DNA from: Centroscyllium fabricii | Lineage: Eukaryota | DNA length: 64,000 bases | Assembly: GCA_051313645.2 (NCBI GenBank) | Contig: JBNRSN020000025.1 | Span: 20,770,001 to 20,834,000, forward strand | Direction of reading: 5' to 3' | The notes under the pieces: model-generated | The model's database searches: none | Seen by the model: the letters and a program-made list of their open reading frames with translations, nothing else | What the model was told of the DNA's origin: nothing | In this document: piece after piece, positions 14,012 through 26,569 of the stretch | How positions within the stretch are numbered: the stretch's first letter is position 1 | How the letters are laid out: each line of letters opens with the position of its first letter | Position numbers and translations under genes: made by a program

Positions 14012-14621
14012 TCAGAAAGAGATTTACAGTTTGCTGTCTTGTCGAACAGTTAAGAGCAGTACATATACGTCCCCCCCCCCCCCACTTCCGTCTTTTCTCC
14101 AACTCCCAAAAGCTCTGGATTGTGACTTTTCAGGTGCCTGCCACCCTTTGACACCTCTGTAGCTAACTCAAGAGACCATTCTTCATGTCTGTGAATATAG
14201 GCAGGATGTTTGACTGTGGGGTACCTCACAGCTGTCCAACATCTGTACATCGTAGCATCAAGAGTTCAAAAGAGCTCTAATTTTTTACCCTCCATGGCCC
14301 AGAGACATTGAAGCCAGTTGTAGCACCCCTACCACTACACCGGGATGGGACCCAAGACCTTCTGAGTATGTGCAGCTCAGGACCACATTGACCCATTGGT
14401 AATGCTTAATTTTAATAAATCCCATCGCAATTTTACACTATGGGAATGCTCTGTGTTCAAATTGTAGATGTTGTTTTAAAATTGGGTAATCACCTATCTA
14501 CCTCCTTCAATTTGATATGAACAGTGGTTGGTTGTACAAAACATACATTTTGGTGAAAGCGCTTTTAAAAATGCAAAGAAAATGCATTTAACAAAGAAGC
14601 GCAATGTATATAGTTTGTAAG

Positions 14622-14711
14622 AAGTCACACAACACCAGGTTATAGTCCAACAGTTTTATTTGACATCACAAGCTTTCGGAGCGCAGCTCCTTCCTCAGGT
14701 GAAGTCATATG
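14622..14711 (-). mobile_element. Short PLE terminal-repeat insertion, family P1
   Basis: Matches one arm of the palindromes at 15778/21051/26829/30394. TSD TAGTTTGTAAG at 14611-21 and 14712-22. Confidence 0.8.
14666..14702 (-). ncRNA. Minimal type I hammerhead ribozyme motif
   Basis: Minus strand: UCAC CUGAGGA A GGAGC-ugc-GCUCC GAAA GC UU GUGA. Stem I UCAC/GUGA, full core, stem II, palindromic AGCU helix III. Confidence 0.75.
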
Positions 14712-14730
14712 TAGTTTGTAAGTTCTCTAT

Positions 14731-15200
14731 CAATTCAATTCAATTTCAATTCAATTTTTTCAATTCAATTTAAAAAACTTTATTGGCATGACAGGATACA
14801 TCCCTATGTTGCCAAAGTATAAAACATAACATACATAGTTAAAACGCATAGATACAGATACAGATATACAATGTATGGGCAGATATGCCCCTGTACATAT
14901 ATATATACACACAATACATCTGTAACCTTTTATCGGTTGCTACACGTTCTTGCAGTTGCAAACGGTATAATAATTAGTGTCAGTTTGTGTGTGCGTGCGT
15001 GCGTGTGTGCATGTTGGTCATGGTCCTATTCTGTCATCCTCCAGCATTTTGAATTTGGGTATCATAGTTTGGGTATGTATTTACTACTGGATTGAAAATT
15101 GCAATGCTTCCTTCCAATTACAGGAACTGAAACGCTTTCTTCTAGTTTGGGTCAGATACTGGTCCTCTGTGGGCATCTTACTAGACAGTGCTGGATTGCA
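14731..15200 (-). mobile_element. 3' end of a non-LTR retrotransposon with (ATTGA)n tail (RTE-X-like, tentative)
   Basis: (TTCAA)n at 14731-14770, then TTTATTGGCATG…TGTTGCCAAAG hairpin and polyA signal on the minus strand. Near-identical copy at 21930-22210. Left boundary clear, right boundary approximate. Confidence 0.6.
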
Positions 15201-15777
15201 CTGCTAGGTTCTAACACTGTCTGGTAACGATGTTTAAAGAGTGCGCCGCAATCAACAGCCACTGGATACAGTGTACGCACTGTTAGTGACAGATTCCTTG
15301 AACGCAAGCTTAACTTACTGACCTGCTGAAACACTGACTAGTTTGTGCCAGAAGTCACAGTGTGTACAGTAATTAAGCGGGGTGTAGATGAGAGGTTCAC
15401 AGAGACAAATGTGTCAGAATTTAAATGAAATGCTTTCAGCTACAGTTGTAAATTAACACACATACTATTGCATTTGCTTTTCTGCATGTATGTTTTACAA
15501 ATGGAGCCTTTTTAAAAAAAAAATGTTCCCTGTCACTTTTTTTTAGATTTCATTATATTGAAGCTGTATCAAAGGGGTCCGAATATGGAAAATGTAATGG
15601 TTTTCTAGTACTTCCTGTCAACTCAAATCTCTCTGGAAATGAATGTTCCCAGTTCCCTACAGTCTGTTGGTAGGCTCACTCTCAATGGTAGAATGCTGCA
15701 CCTTGGGATGTTGGGAGGGCAGTCCCATAGCTAAGGGAACTGGCCGAGTAGGTTCCTCCCATTACCTCCTATTAGTT

Positions 15778-15982
15778 TAATGCAAGAAGTCACACAACAC
15801 CAGGTTAGAGTCCAACAGCTTTATTTGAAATCACAAGCTTTCGGAGCGCTGCTCCTTCCTCAGGTGAAGTCAGCACTCCGAAAGCTTGTGATTTCAAATA
15901 AAGCTGTTGGACTATAACCTGGTGTTGTGTGACTTCTTACATTTGTCCACCCCAGTCCAACACCAGCATCTCCACATCATGG
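15778..15982. mobile_element. Palindromic PLE insertion, family P1, with intact minus-strand hammerhead (15831-15867)
   Basis: Inverted arms AAGAAGTCACACAACACCAGG…GCTTTCGGAG / CTCCGAAAGC…GTGACTTCTT. TSD CTCCTATTAGTT at 15766-77 and 15983-94. Confidence 0.85.
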
Positions 15983-17100
15983 CTCCTATTAGTTGATCAC
16001 GGAGAGAAATTGATGGCAGTTGTAAATTGGTCTACAGCCCAGACCATTGTTTTCATCAGCTGTAGGAGGGTAAGTGGTGGTAAGTCGTTCTCATGTGGGG
16101 GGAAGAAACATGTTTAATAGATTTTTTTTTAAAGGTTTAGAAAAATGTTCTGTATGTTCTACTTTGTCCCCTTTTCAAGTCTCATTTACCCTTTCTCCCT
16201 CTGGTTTAACATACTGTTTTCTGGCTCAGAGGGAACACAGTTGCCAGCCTTTCAGATCTTTGCCATTGTTGCTTCTGAAGCAGCCACAAGGAGTTGTGGA
16301 AGAGTGACGTTGGTTGACTAACACTTGAACTACCCCCCCTTTTTTTTTGTTACAATGATCATTGATTATTCTGCCTCCTCTTCACTTCATGCACCAACTC
16401 AAACTGGGAACTTGCTGTGTAGGAATTGCAGGCATGTATGAACATATATTAAATTCCCTACATGTGATGTCATTGGTATGCAGAATGCAGTTCTTCCTCT
16501 ATGGATCACAAAATGTGTGACTTCAATAGTTTAGCATTTTTAAGAGTTTGACCAAAAATCAAACATCAGTTTCTTGTAAGACCCTATTAGAGCACCGAAA
16601 TTAGTGAGCTACAGGTTCAATTCCTCTACTTTGCCGAAATGCTAAAAAAAAAATGGACGGCGAGTCTTCCCTGGGGCCTTGTTGCACATCAGTATCCAAC
16701 CCCAGTAACCAGCCCAAGACCTGAACAAATGGTGGCCTTGGAGCAGACTGTCCCTTCTAACGTCTGGGCCACGACAGGTATGTGACCCAGAAGAGATTAA
16801 TAAGAGCAACAGACCAGGGGAGGGAGGATGGGGGGCGAAGTGTACATATTCCTGCTACAATTGTGTATTTTAAATAATGATTTAAGATATTTGAAAGTAT
16901 TTAGTGATCATTCAAAGTACTAAAATAATTTTGACTTATTTGGAAGATAATCTCATGAAAGCACTATTGAAAACATTTTTTGGTAAAAACAGTTGTAGAA
17001 TTCCTGATCACTGTTTCCTGCATTAAATGACAAAATGAGACCCTGAATATGAAATGTGATAATATATGTTCAAATCCACAGTATGATTGTTTGTCAGTTG

Positions 17101-17504
17101 ATAGAAACATAGAAACTAGGAGCAGGAGTAGGCCATTCGGCCCTTCGAGCCTGCTCCGCCATTCAATGAGATCATGGCTGATCATCCAAACCCAGTACCC
17201 TGCCCCTGCCCTGTCCCCATATCCCTCAATCCCTATCGAGCCTGCAACGACACATATCCCACCCTATCCCCGTAACCCCACATATTCAATCCCCCCCTAA
17301 CACTAAGGGTCAATTTATCCTGGCCAATCAACCTAACCCGCACATCTTTGGACTGTGGGAGGAAACCGGAGCTCCCGGAGGAAACCCAGGTAGACACGGG
17401 GAGAATGTGCAAACTCCACACAGATAGTACCCGAGGCTGGATTTGAACCCGGGTCTCCAGTGCTGTGAGGCAGCAGTGCTAACCACTATGCCACCGTGCC
17501 GCCC
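17101..17504 (-). mobile_element. Full-length tRNA-derived V-SINE (HE1-like) with CR1-derived tail
   Basis: Minus strand has A box TGGCATAGTGG, B box GGTTCAAATCC, the V-domain (GTGTGGAGTTTGCACATTCTCCCCGTGTC…) and a (TTTCTATG)n tail. Confidence 0.9.
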
Positions 17505-18467
17505 TTAAGTTGGTTCATTCTTAGCTGAATCAGTTTGTTGTCCCAAGGTGAACAAAGCAGGCATTAGACAGGTGAAGGTGACTAATATTTGAAACGATTG
17601 CCCATAAAGTGCTACTTATTACCAGATAATGAAGAATTTAGTGCTATTACTTTCTTTTACAATAAATCTGCCACGAGAAGATTGGCGACCCAATTCATCA
17701 TTGGAACGTTCTAAATTTCCATTTAGCTGTGAACTTTGTACAGTGCAAAACCTGAAAGTGACTTTGCGTGCTGAGATCAGGCTACACACTGCAGGGTCAG
17801 TGAGTTTTCGCTCGCTATTTTTGAAAATGAAAGGCCAAATTGGAGAAGCTTGCGCTCTTTAATTCACCAGAGACACTGCGACTGGTGGACCTTAAATCCC
17901 ATAGTTGACATTTTCTTATCTTAATCCTTTATATACATAGGAATCGTGAAGAACACTAACGTTACCACCAGAGACTCCTGCCCTTGCTAAATTGTGCTGT
18001 TCTCTGTGGATGCCATCAATAATCTGCATAAAAGTGAAAGATTAACTATCCGCAACAGCTTGTATTTATATAGTGCTACTCACACAAACCAACGTCTCCG
18101 AGCACTTTACACAGAGCGGAGAGATCAATACAAAGCAGGAAGTGAAGAAATCTTGGGAGGGGAAGGGAAACTTAAGTCACGGTTCAGGGTGAGTCTTTAT
18201 GGAGACAGGTGGAGAAGTAGAAAGGCAAACTAGTTGTGGCAGAGAATTCGTAGGTGCAAGGACGACGTGACCATCGAGCAGAGGGAGTGGAAGCAAACAA
18301 TAGTCCAGAGTTGTGTTCCCCTACTATGTACACATTTTTAATTTTTCTCCAAAGTAGTGGCCTCTATCTCTCGTAATTAGCATTTCAAAACTGAGATTTT
18401 AAATTACAATTAAAATTTTGCGCCCATTCTATTACGTTGAATTCTTGAAATGGAGAAAATTGCAGCA

Positions 18468-18575
18468 CTCTGGGGAAAGGGCCGGGGAGTGGGACCAATT
18501 GGATCGCTCGTTCAAAGAGCTGGCACAGGCACGATGGGCTGAATGGCCTCCTTTTGTGATGCGACTCTTATGATT
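18468..18575 (+). mobile_element. CR1 LINE 3' end fragment
   Basis: …GAGCTGGCACAGGCACGATGGGCTGAATGGCCTCCTT… is a typical CR1 3' stem-loop region. Confidence 0.6.
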
Positions 18576-18585
18576 TCAAATACAA

Positions 18586-18992
18586 CGGCATGGTGGCACA
18601 GTGGTTAGCACTGTTGTGTCTCAGCACTGGAGACCCGGGTTCAAATCCAGCCTCGGGTACTCTCTGTGTGGAGTTTGCACATTCTCCCCGTGTCTGCGTG
18701 GGTTTACTCCGGGTGCTCCGGTTTCCTCCCACAGTCCAAAGATGTGCGGGTTAGGTTGATTGGCCAGGATAAATTGACCCTTAGTATTAGGGGGATTGAA
18801 TATGTGGGGTTACGGGGATAGGGTGGAATATGTGTCGGTGCAGGCTCGATAGGGATTGAGGGATGTGGGGCGAGGGCAGGGGTGGGGTGCTGGGTTTGGA
18901 TGATCAGCCATGATCTCGTTGAATGGCGGAGCAGGCTCGAAGGGCCGAATGGCCTACTCCTGCTCCTAGTTTCTATGTTTCTATGTTTCTAT
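18586..18992 (+). mobile_element. Full-length V-SINE (HE1-like)
   Basis: A box TGGCACAGTGG, B box GGTTCAAATCC, V-domain, CR1-type tail ending (TTTCTATG)n. Inverted relative to the copy at 17101. Confidence 0.9.
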
Positions 18993-19472
18993 TTTATAAA
19001 GAAAGAGGGCATGCAGTGGGGGAAATATCAAATTATTGAAGAGGTCGCAATCAGCCCCTCCGACTACAAGAGTCACACTTCTAAAAGCAGCATTTAAACT
19101 TTTTGATAAGTTCGAAGTTAACTGTTCACTACCAAACTCTGTCCTCTTGGTTTTAAATTCCCAGCTCTTCTCTTTATGGAATACAGTGTGAATTGTCTGA
19201 GGCCTGCTGCTGTGCCTCTGCATCGACTGCCTAAAGATGCAAGAGGTTCTCCTGCCCATCATCGTTCCTGCCTCTACTTCTCCCCTCATTATTGTTTTCT
19301 TATTAAAACAAAAAGAGAAGGCAAAACGTGTCTGATATACATCTATTTAATTTCATACATGATTATTTAGGTTGGGCAAAGCTTATATAATACCCCCTGT
19401 AGTAAATTGCATAATCTTTAGGCTGGATTAGCATTTTATCATCTGCACTTTAATGCAAGCCACTTAAAAATA

Positions 19473-20060
19473 CAGGTTGAGCACCGGTAATCCGGCGCCC
19501 GATGGTCCGGCACCTTTGGTGGTCCGGCACGAATCGAAACCGGCGGTCTTTGGTTTGCGGAGCAGCCGCTCGGCGGTGCCACCGTTTCCCGCAAAGGGTG
19601 GGCGAGCACCAAAGTCGTTGGGCGTTTGGGTTTCTGTTTTTTAAAGGCTTGTAAGCAATGTTCCCTCTAAGCTGTGCGCGTGTGCGCGCGCACACATGGT
19701 ATGCAACCAGCGCACAAAGTAAATTAAACCGCGCAAAAAATTGAGATATACGCCAAAATTATCTTAATAATTTCACGTTTACATGCGCTCAAGAATTCAG
19801 TGCGCACATATTTTTTGTCACTGGGACAAATTTGCTCAGCATAACATTTTTGCGCACATAGACCATTAAAAATTAGAGGGAACGTTGCTTGTAAGTGTTC
19901 TATCCCCGGGCTCCCTCCCGGGGAGTGTTCTACCCGCACGCTCTGGGCCCCGGGGAGTGTTCAACCCGTGCGCTCCCCCCGAACCTTCAATGGTTCGGAA
20001 TTTTCAGTGGTCCGGCACCAGCCTGGTCCTGAGGGTGCCTGATTACCGGCGCTCAACCTG
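19473..20060 (-). mobile_element. Tc1/mariner-type MITE family A, interrupted by a hAT MITE
   Basis: Same TIRs as 11416 in reverse orientation; TA on the left, CA on the right; about 2 internal 32-bp units. Confidence 0.88.
19656..19887. mobile_element. hAT-superfamily MITE nested in family A MITE
   Basis: TIRs CAATGTTCCCTCTAA / TTAGAGGGAACGTTG. Perfect 8-bp TSD CTTGTAAG at 19648-55 and 19888-95 (8-bp TSDs are typical of hAT). Confidence 0.9.
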
Positions 20061-21050
20061 CAGTCCTGTTGCTCTAATCTAATGGGTTAATCTTTAATGT
20101 GACAATACATCAGTTAATCAGTTGAATCCAATTCATTGGTATGTGTCATTCGCTGTTAAACTAAATGATTATATCCTGACCAGGACTCCTTGCCCATTTC
20201 AGCAATGTGCTCAGGTGATGAGAAAGTGTCCTCTGAGTACGGTAGATACTCAGATAAAAAGGAAACAAAAATGCAAATGCTCGAAATCTGAAGTAAAACA
20301 GAAAATGCTAGAAAAAATAAATAGGTTAATGTTTTAGGTGTACACATTTTGCCAGGCTGGAAACTGGAGCATAAGCAAGTCCCTTTGTAGTAACAGTTCA
20401 GAGGAAAGCAGACGACGCTTCCTTGTGGTAAATCTAGTGGACCTATTTGTTGGTTTTACCATCAGGAGACTCTACCCGACCCTCAGTTGGATTAGAAGAC
20501 CTATGTTGATAGAGTACTAAGCAAACCAATGACAAAAGACACAGGAGATTCAAGAAGCACGTGGAATCCCCATTTGTGGCATTAGTGTAAAGCTCCACTA
20601 ATAGCCCTGCATTGTCCAGTTTATCTGCCTTGCATAGAATTTTATTCCAGGTGGGATTTATTGTGGTTAACGTCACAGTGGAAACCAATAGTAATCGAGG
20701 CTATATCAGGTGTCACAGGCTGGACTGCTTCATCCTTTCCCAGAATGCCTGCGCTTATCTGTGTTTGGTTTACTGGGTGTAGGTATTGCGTGAGTAGTGC
20801 CTAATCCTTTGTTTAATATTAACTGAGCATGCAAACAAAGCACGCAGGACTCTTGCCAGTCCTTGCTGGCAAAGAGTGCTCGTCTGGCATGCAGCGTAAT
20901 GCTGATATCGAACTCAAAAAAAAATGGAAAAAGCAGAACCTGGCCTCAGCCGCTCAGCTAGGTTTCCTAATAAAATGAAATCTGCAATCCATTGGGCTGA
21001 GCTGTTAAAATGTCTTTGATTTTTTTTTTTACCTGCGCACACCTAGCAGA

Positions 21051-21256
21051 CATGATGTGGAGGTGCCGGTGTTGGACTGGGGTGGACAAATGCAAGAAGT
21101 CACACAACACCAGGTTATAGTCCAACAGTTTTATTTGAAATCACAAGCTTTCGGAGCGCTGCTCCTTCGTCAGGAAGGAGCAGCGCTCCGAAAGCTTGTG
21201 ATTTCAAATAAAACTGTTGGACTATAACCTGGTGTTGTGTGACTTCTTGCATTTGT
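21051..21256. mobile_element. Palindromic PLE insertion, family P1
   Basis: About 83-bp perfect inverted arms around CGTCAG. TSD ACACCTAGCAGA at 21039-50 and 21257-68. Minus-strand core CUGACGA…GAAAGCUU. Confidence 0.85.
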
Positions 21257-21929
21257 ACACCTAGCAGAGGGATGTAACTCTTTGGCTATGGAATCCACTT
21301 TCTGTTGCTGGTACACTTTCTTATCACTTCAATATGCCATTAATTCATTAATTGTTCTGCACTAATTGTAATAGCCAGTAACAAAATAGTGGATGAAAAG
21401 CCTTTCTTAAAAATGAAACCAAATATAATTGTATTTAAAGTACAGCAAACAGACTTGGTTTCCTGTTTAGAATTTAAATTTGTTTTGCAGTAATTATTAC
21501 CAACAATCGTAGATGAGCAATTATTGTACAATAGATGTAATTGTTACTTTGTCTAATGTTAATATACAGATATTTCTATTACAATGCTTGTAGGAGAATT
21601 CTAATGCCAATAGAAGCATGCAAACAAAGCTGATAGGCCATGGGATATCCTGCACTAAAGTCCCTTTCAAGGTGGTATTTATTTACAAAGGCCTTGTGTG
21701 CCAGTTGCTCACCCACCCCAGTGACTACAGATGTCATGTGCTACGGGTAGACCCAATTATGGGGAAGGAGAAAAACCAATCTTAAAAATAAATTAAAAGG
21801 AAATTTTACCCTCACCAAAAAGGTTCCCTGAATGAATGATGAAAGTTCATCCATTACAACAGCGAGCACACTTCATAAAGTATGGAATTGGCTGTAAAGG
21901 CTTTGGCATCCTGAGGTGAAAGGTACTAT

Positions 21930-22211
21930 TTTCAATTTTCAATTTAAAAAACTTTATTGGCATGACAGGATACATCCCTATGTTGCCAAAGTATAAAACA
22001 TAACATACATAGTTAAAATGCATAGATACAGATACAGGTATACAATGTATGGGCAGATATGCCCCTGTACATATGTATATATATATATATATATACACAC
22101 AATACATCTGTAACCTTTTATCGGTTGCTACACGTTCTTGCAGTTACAAACAGTATAATAATTAGTGTTGATTAGTCTCTGTTTGTGTGTGCGTGCATGC
22201 ATGTTGGTCAT
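21930..22211 (-). mobile_element. 3' UTR fragment of the (ATTGA)n-tailed LINE (second copy)
   Basis: Nearly identical to 14760-15020, including the (TA)n microsatellite. Confidence 0.7.
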
Positions 22212-24069
22212 TCACTGTCTCTCAGGTTGTGGCATGCTGTTACGTATTGTGCACCAAGCTGTGCCTTAAAGTGCAACTTTAATACGTACTATATAAATGC
22301 AAGCCTTATTCTGCCGCCCTCCCCCCTCCCCCCCCAACAATCTTTTGTAATATTTACTGACACTATAGTTTTAAAGAGTGGTTTGCAATGAGCTTGTCCA
22401 ATGAAGCTGTGAAATAAACCTGGATAATATTGTTCACACACAAAATGGGAATTGGTTTAAGGTGAATCTCTTATTTTGCCTACTCATTGTATCCATGCAT
22501 GTAGCCAAAAAGCTGGAGCTGTGCTGGTACAGTACAGTTTATTAGTATGTGTGTTTTATTAACTACAGAAGAACAGTTGGGTATTGGTTCAAATGGAGTT
22601 TCTGCCAGTTCCTTGGCTAGTTGAATAAAAAATGCTCTCACAGTGCACTGATGGTAATCTCTCACTGAATTATTATGTATAGTACAGAATGATTGCAACT
22701 TTTAACAAACCTCCAAATGAGAGGGTGTTGTGGAGAAAATGTTTAGAAAGTGCAGTATGGGTTTTGTTTATTTTGTGCCTTTTGTTTCCTCAAAAATAAC
22801 CTCTGAGAATATAACCTCATTTTATAGCGGTCACAATTCCAGTATAAATCAGCAGGCAAAGGTTACTGATTGCCCAAGCTGACTGCATGTTGATTGACGT
22901 CTTACCAGGCATGGTTAGATATAGCTACTTCAGTCTAATACTGTCTGGTAATGCCGTTGATCTCATGTCATAAGTTCTTCACCTTTTGGGAGGAGTTCCA
23001 GCCAAACCTAGCTATCAGTGCCATTTTTGTAGGTGAGGCCAGTCCAGGGGTTGAGCTGTGGGCTGTGCACTGCTGTTTGGGCGTGTCTCTGAAGCCCATT
23101 CAAGTGCATCAGTTCAAAGTGCAACTTTAATACGTCTGGCCTGTTAATGTCTAACAACATTATTCAGCAGAAAAAGGGCATGCATGGAGAAGAACCTGTA
23201 CTACTGCTTTTTCAGAACTTGTGCCAAACTGCCTTTTAAAAGAACGAAGGCTATTGATTAACATTTACCCACCTGCACCAAAGATGCACATCAAAGGGAT
23301 AGTTTCTAGTCTCACGCTGTTGAAATTCTCTTCTACACGTTTAGATGATGCAATAGACATATCCTGTTCACCTCCCAGAGTTTAATCTGATGGACTATTT
23401 TCCATTGTTTATTTTTCCCCAAATGTAACTCAGTTTTTATCATAAAGCACATTTTCTGGACAAAGGGTTAAAGTGTTCGTAAACACTCAAAGTCTGAGAA
23501 TTGCATGCAAACTTAAAACTGTTTTCTGTTGAGCATGTGTTACAGCCATTTCTTTACCCTTCCAGAAGTTTCAAACCAGTGCAGATTTTAGTCGTACCTG
23601 TAGTTGGTTTCTCCCTGGCCCTGTGTTTGTGAAGATTTCATTTACGGTTAGCAACTATAGTGGAACAATAAAGCTTCAGTTTATTGAATTATTCAAAGGT
23701 ATGTTCAGAAATGAGCTGTGCATTCTGTTTGTATTTGGAAATTTTTTAAGCTGTCTTTATGCATTTTATTTAGTAAAGTTTCATAAAACACAGGTTGCTG
23801 TAGCCCAAAGTAACTATAATAGCTTTATAAATTATTCTTAGAGCTTTATACATTAAAATATAGCTGCTATACAATTATGCAGAATTGACTATATGAAGTC
23901 TTAAATAGGGTTGCCATCTTTTGCCACGTCTAAATCTGGACAGGGGTGGGGCTTGGGAGAGTGGATTTAAGATTATCCCGTGCATGGGCTCTGCCTGAGC
24001 ATTGGCCTTCAGATCGCGAAGTGCGGGGTCACTATGCATGGATAGTAAAACTGCATCGTGGAAGTTGTA

Positions 24070-25040
24070 GGGGGGGATTTCCCCGAGGGTGCGGGAACCT
24101 GGCGGGGATTAGTCGGGTCAGGTTTCCGTCCCGCTCGCCCAAGGGCCTGGAAACCCGACTCAATTTTCCATTAATTGCTTAATTGAATCCCCGCATGCGG
24201 GGAGCCCCTTGTAATTGCCTTAGTCGAGTCGACAATCAAGGCGCTGGAGCGGGGTGCGAGGCGCTTGACAGACAGTTCCAGGGACTGTCTGGTGACCGTT
24301 CCCATGGAAACGCTCCATTGTGACATCACAATGGAGTGCAACCAATCAGAAAGGCCAAGTGTTTTGACTGACAGGCGGACGGGCGGGCTGCAAATCTTTG
24401 ACAGCTAGGGAGCGTCTCTGAATGGATCTGTCAAGGTAAGATTTTTAACTGGTTTCTCCACAGCTGGTCTTCACCCAAGGGAGTCACTTACACCTTCAGG
24501 GTATTGAAGGCCTGGAAAGCATTCTGCTCTAGGTCATAGAATCATAGAATCCCTACAGTGCAGATAGAGGCCATTTCGGCCCATCAAGCCTGCACCGACA
24601 CATATCCCACCCTATCCCCGTAACCCCACATATTTAATCCCCCTAACACTAAGGGTCAATTTATCCTGGCCAATCAACCTAACCTGCACATCTTTGGTCC
24701 TTCAATACCTTGAAGGAGAAAGTGACCAAGGCCACTGTGCTCCCGCTGGGTTTCACCAGCAGGGTTTTAAGATGGCGGGGTTTGGGTGGGAAGGGCTGGA
24801 AAATAGGTGAGAGCCCTTAAACTGGCATTATCCAGACCAATTAAGGGCCCTCAATTACTTAAACGAGCATCCCCACCGGCGGCGGGTGGGAAAGTTTCGG
24901 GACGGCGGGACACGCCGCCTGAAACTGACAAGCCGGTGCTGATCTGGCCCGGGGGGGGGGTGGCGGGACCACCCGGCTCCGCGATGCTAGGCCCCGCCCT
25001 GCCGGAAAGCCGCCCTCACGGACCGAGGAAAATCCCCCCC
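24070..25040. mobile_element. GC-rich non-autonomous DNA transposon (GGGGGGATTT…AAATCCCCCC termini), interrupted by a SINE
   Basis: Terminal inverted repeats GGGGGGATTTCCCCG / GAGGAAAATCCCCCC with CpG-rich arms. Confidence 0.55.
24536..24695 (-). mobile_element. 5'-truncated V-SINE with the alternative short tail
   Basis: Body matches the other SINEs (CACATATCCCACCCTATCCCCGTAACCCC…), but the tail is ATAGAATCCCTACAGTGCAGATAGAGGCCATTTCGGCCC. GGTC is duplicated at 24532-35 and 24696-99. Confidence 0.8.
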
Positions 25041-25224
25041 CCCCCCCCCCCCCCGCCCCGTAGGTTTCCTTCTCAGAGATGTGCCACAGCAGTGATTAGC
25101 TCACCTTGATTTCCACGTTCACACTTGCAGGTTGCTTCTGTCACATGCATTGACTGGGCAGCTTGCAGTTGATGAAAAGATGCTCTTAAGATAAGCATGG
25201 TCCTGAAAGAAGAAGAAGAAGAAG

Positions 25225-26195
25225 AACAACAACTACTTGTATTTATATAGCGCCATTAAAATCTCCCATGGCACTTCACAGGAGTATTATAAGGCAAAAA
25301 GTTGACAGAGATACATGAGGGGAAACATAGAAGATAGGAGCAGGAGTCGGCCATTCGGCCCTTCGAGCCCGCTCCGCCATTCAACGAGATCATGGCCGAT
25401 CATCCAAACCCAGTACCCTGTCCCTGCCTTGTCCCCATATCCCTTAATCCCTTTAGCCTGAAGAAATATATCCAGTTCCCTCTTGAATATATTCAATGAA
25501 CCGGCCTCCACCGCCCTCTGTGGCAAAGAATTCCACAGGTTCACCACTCTCTGTGTGTAGAATTTCCTCCTCATCTCAGTCCCAAATGGCTTACCCCTTA
25601 TCCTTAGGGCAGATGACCAAACGCTTGGTCAAAGAAGTCGGTTTTAAGGAGCGTCTTAAAGGAGGAGAGAGAGAGAAGTTTAGGGAGGGAATTTCATAGC
25701 TCAGGGCCCAGGCAGCGGAAGGCACGGCCACCAATGGTTGAGCGATTTACAATCAGGGATGCTCAAGAGGGCAGAATTAGAGGAGCGTAGATATCTCGCG
25801 GGCCGGGGGGGGGGGGGAGGGGGTTGTGGGTCTTCAGGAGATTACAGATATAGGGAGGGGCGAGGCCATGGAGGGATTTGAAAACAAGGATGAGAATTTT
25901 GAAATCGAGGCGCTGCTTAACCGGGAGCCAATATAGGTCAGCGAGCACAGGGGTGAGGGTGAACGGGACTTGGTGCGAGTTAGGACACGGGCAGCCGAGT
26001 TTTGGATGACCTCAAGTTTATGTAGGGTGGAATATGGTAGGCCAGCCAGGAGAGCGTTGGAATAGTCAAGTCGAGAGGTAACAAAGGCCTGGGAGGGTTT
26101 GAGCAGCAGATGAGCTGAGGCAGGGGTAGAGACGGGCGATGTTACAGAGGTGGAAATAGGTGGTCTTTGTGATGCCGCAGATATGTGGTCGGAAG
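25225..26195 (-). mobile_element. L2 LINE 3' fragment, interrupted by a CR1 3' end (25321-25600)
   Basis: Minus-strand peptides [32 protein letters not shown] and [10 protein letters not shown] are characteristic of the L2 ORF2 C-terminus; (AAC)n-type tail. Confidence 0.85.
25321..25600 (-). mobile_element. CR1 3' fragment closely related to the intact element
   Basis: MRRKFYTQRVVNLWNSLPQRAVEAGSLNIFKRELDIFLQAKGIKGYG matches the C-terminus of ORF2 at 49486. Confidence 0.9.
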
Positions 26196-26569
26196 CTCAT
26201 GAAAATGAAACCACATGTATTAAAAACAGGGTTTTTTGTTGTTGCCTGGACCATATATTTTTTAATTGGACATTAAAACTCAATCTGGCCAAAAACCAGA
26301 CCGGTCGCAACCCTGACCTTAAATGTCTCATCTCTTTCGGCCGATAGCGTGATTGAGCTAAAAAGATAGTGGGTGAAACTGTAGTGATTGGATGGAGCAG
26401 TGAAACAGATTGTGCTTACTGCAAACCAGCAGTTACAAACTCTGCCGTTTATATTCCAAGCAATTTCCCAGCGTCATCTAAATTGCCTTGCTGCGTGTGA
26501 CCTTTTCTTCAGCAAGTGGGTCTCTAACTATGGAGAAATGGGGAGAGAGCACAGACATTCACCTCTTGG

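Noticed and set aside
18586-18660. tRNA gene
   Set aside because: The A/B boxes belong to the tRNA-derived head of a SINE that continues into the V-domain and LINE tail.
21085-21256. pre-miRNA hairpin
   Set aside because: The perfect palindrome is explained by an inverted transposon terminal repeat with a TSD; no small-RNA evidence is available.
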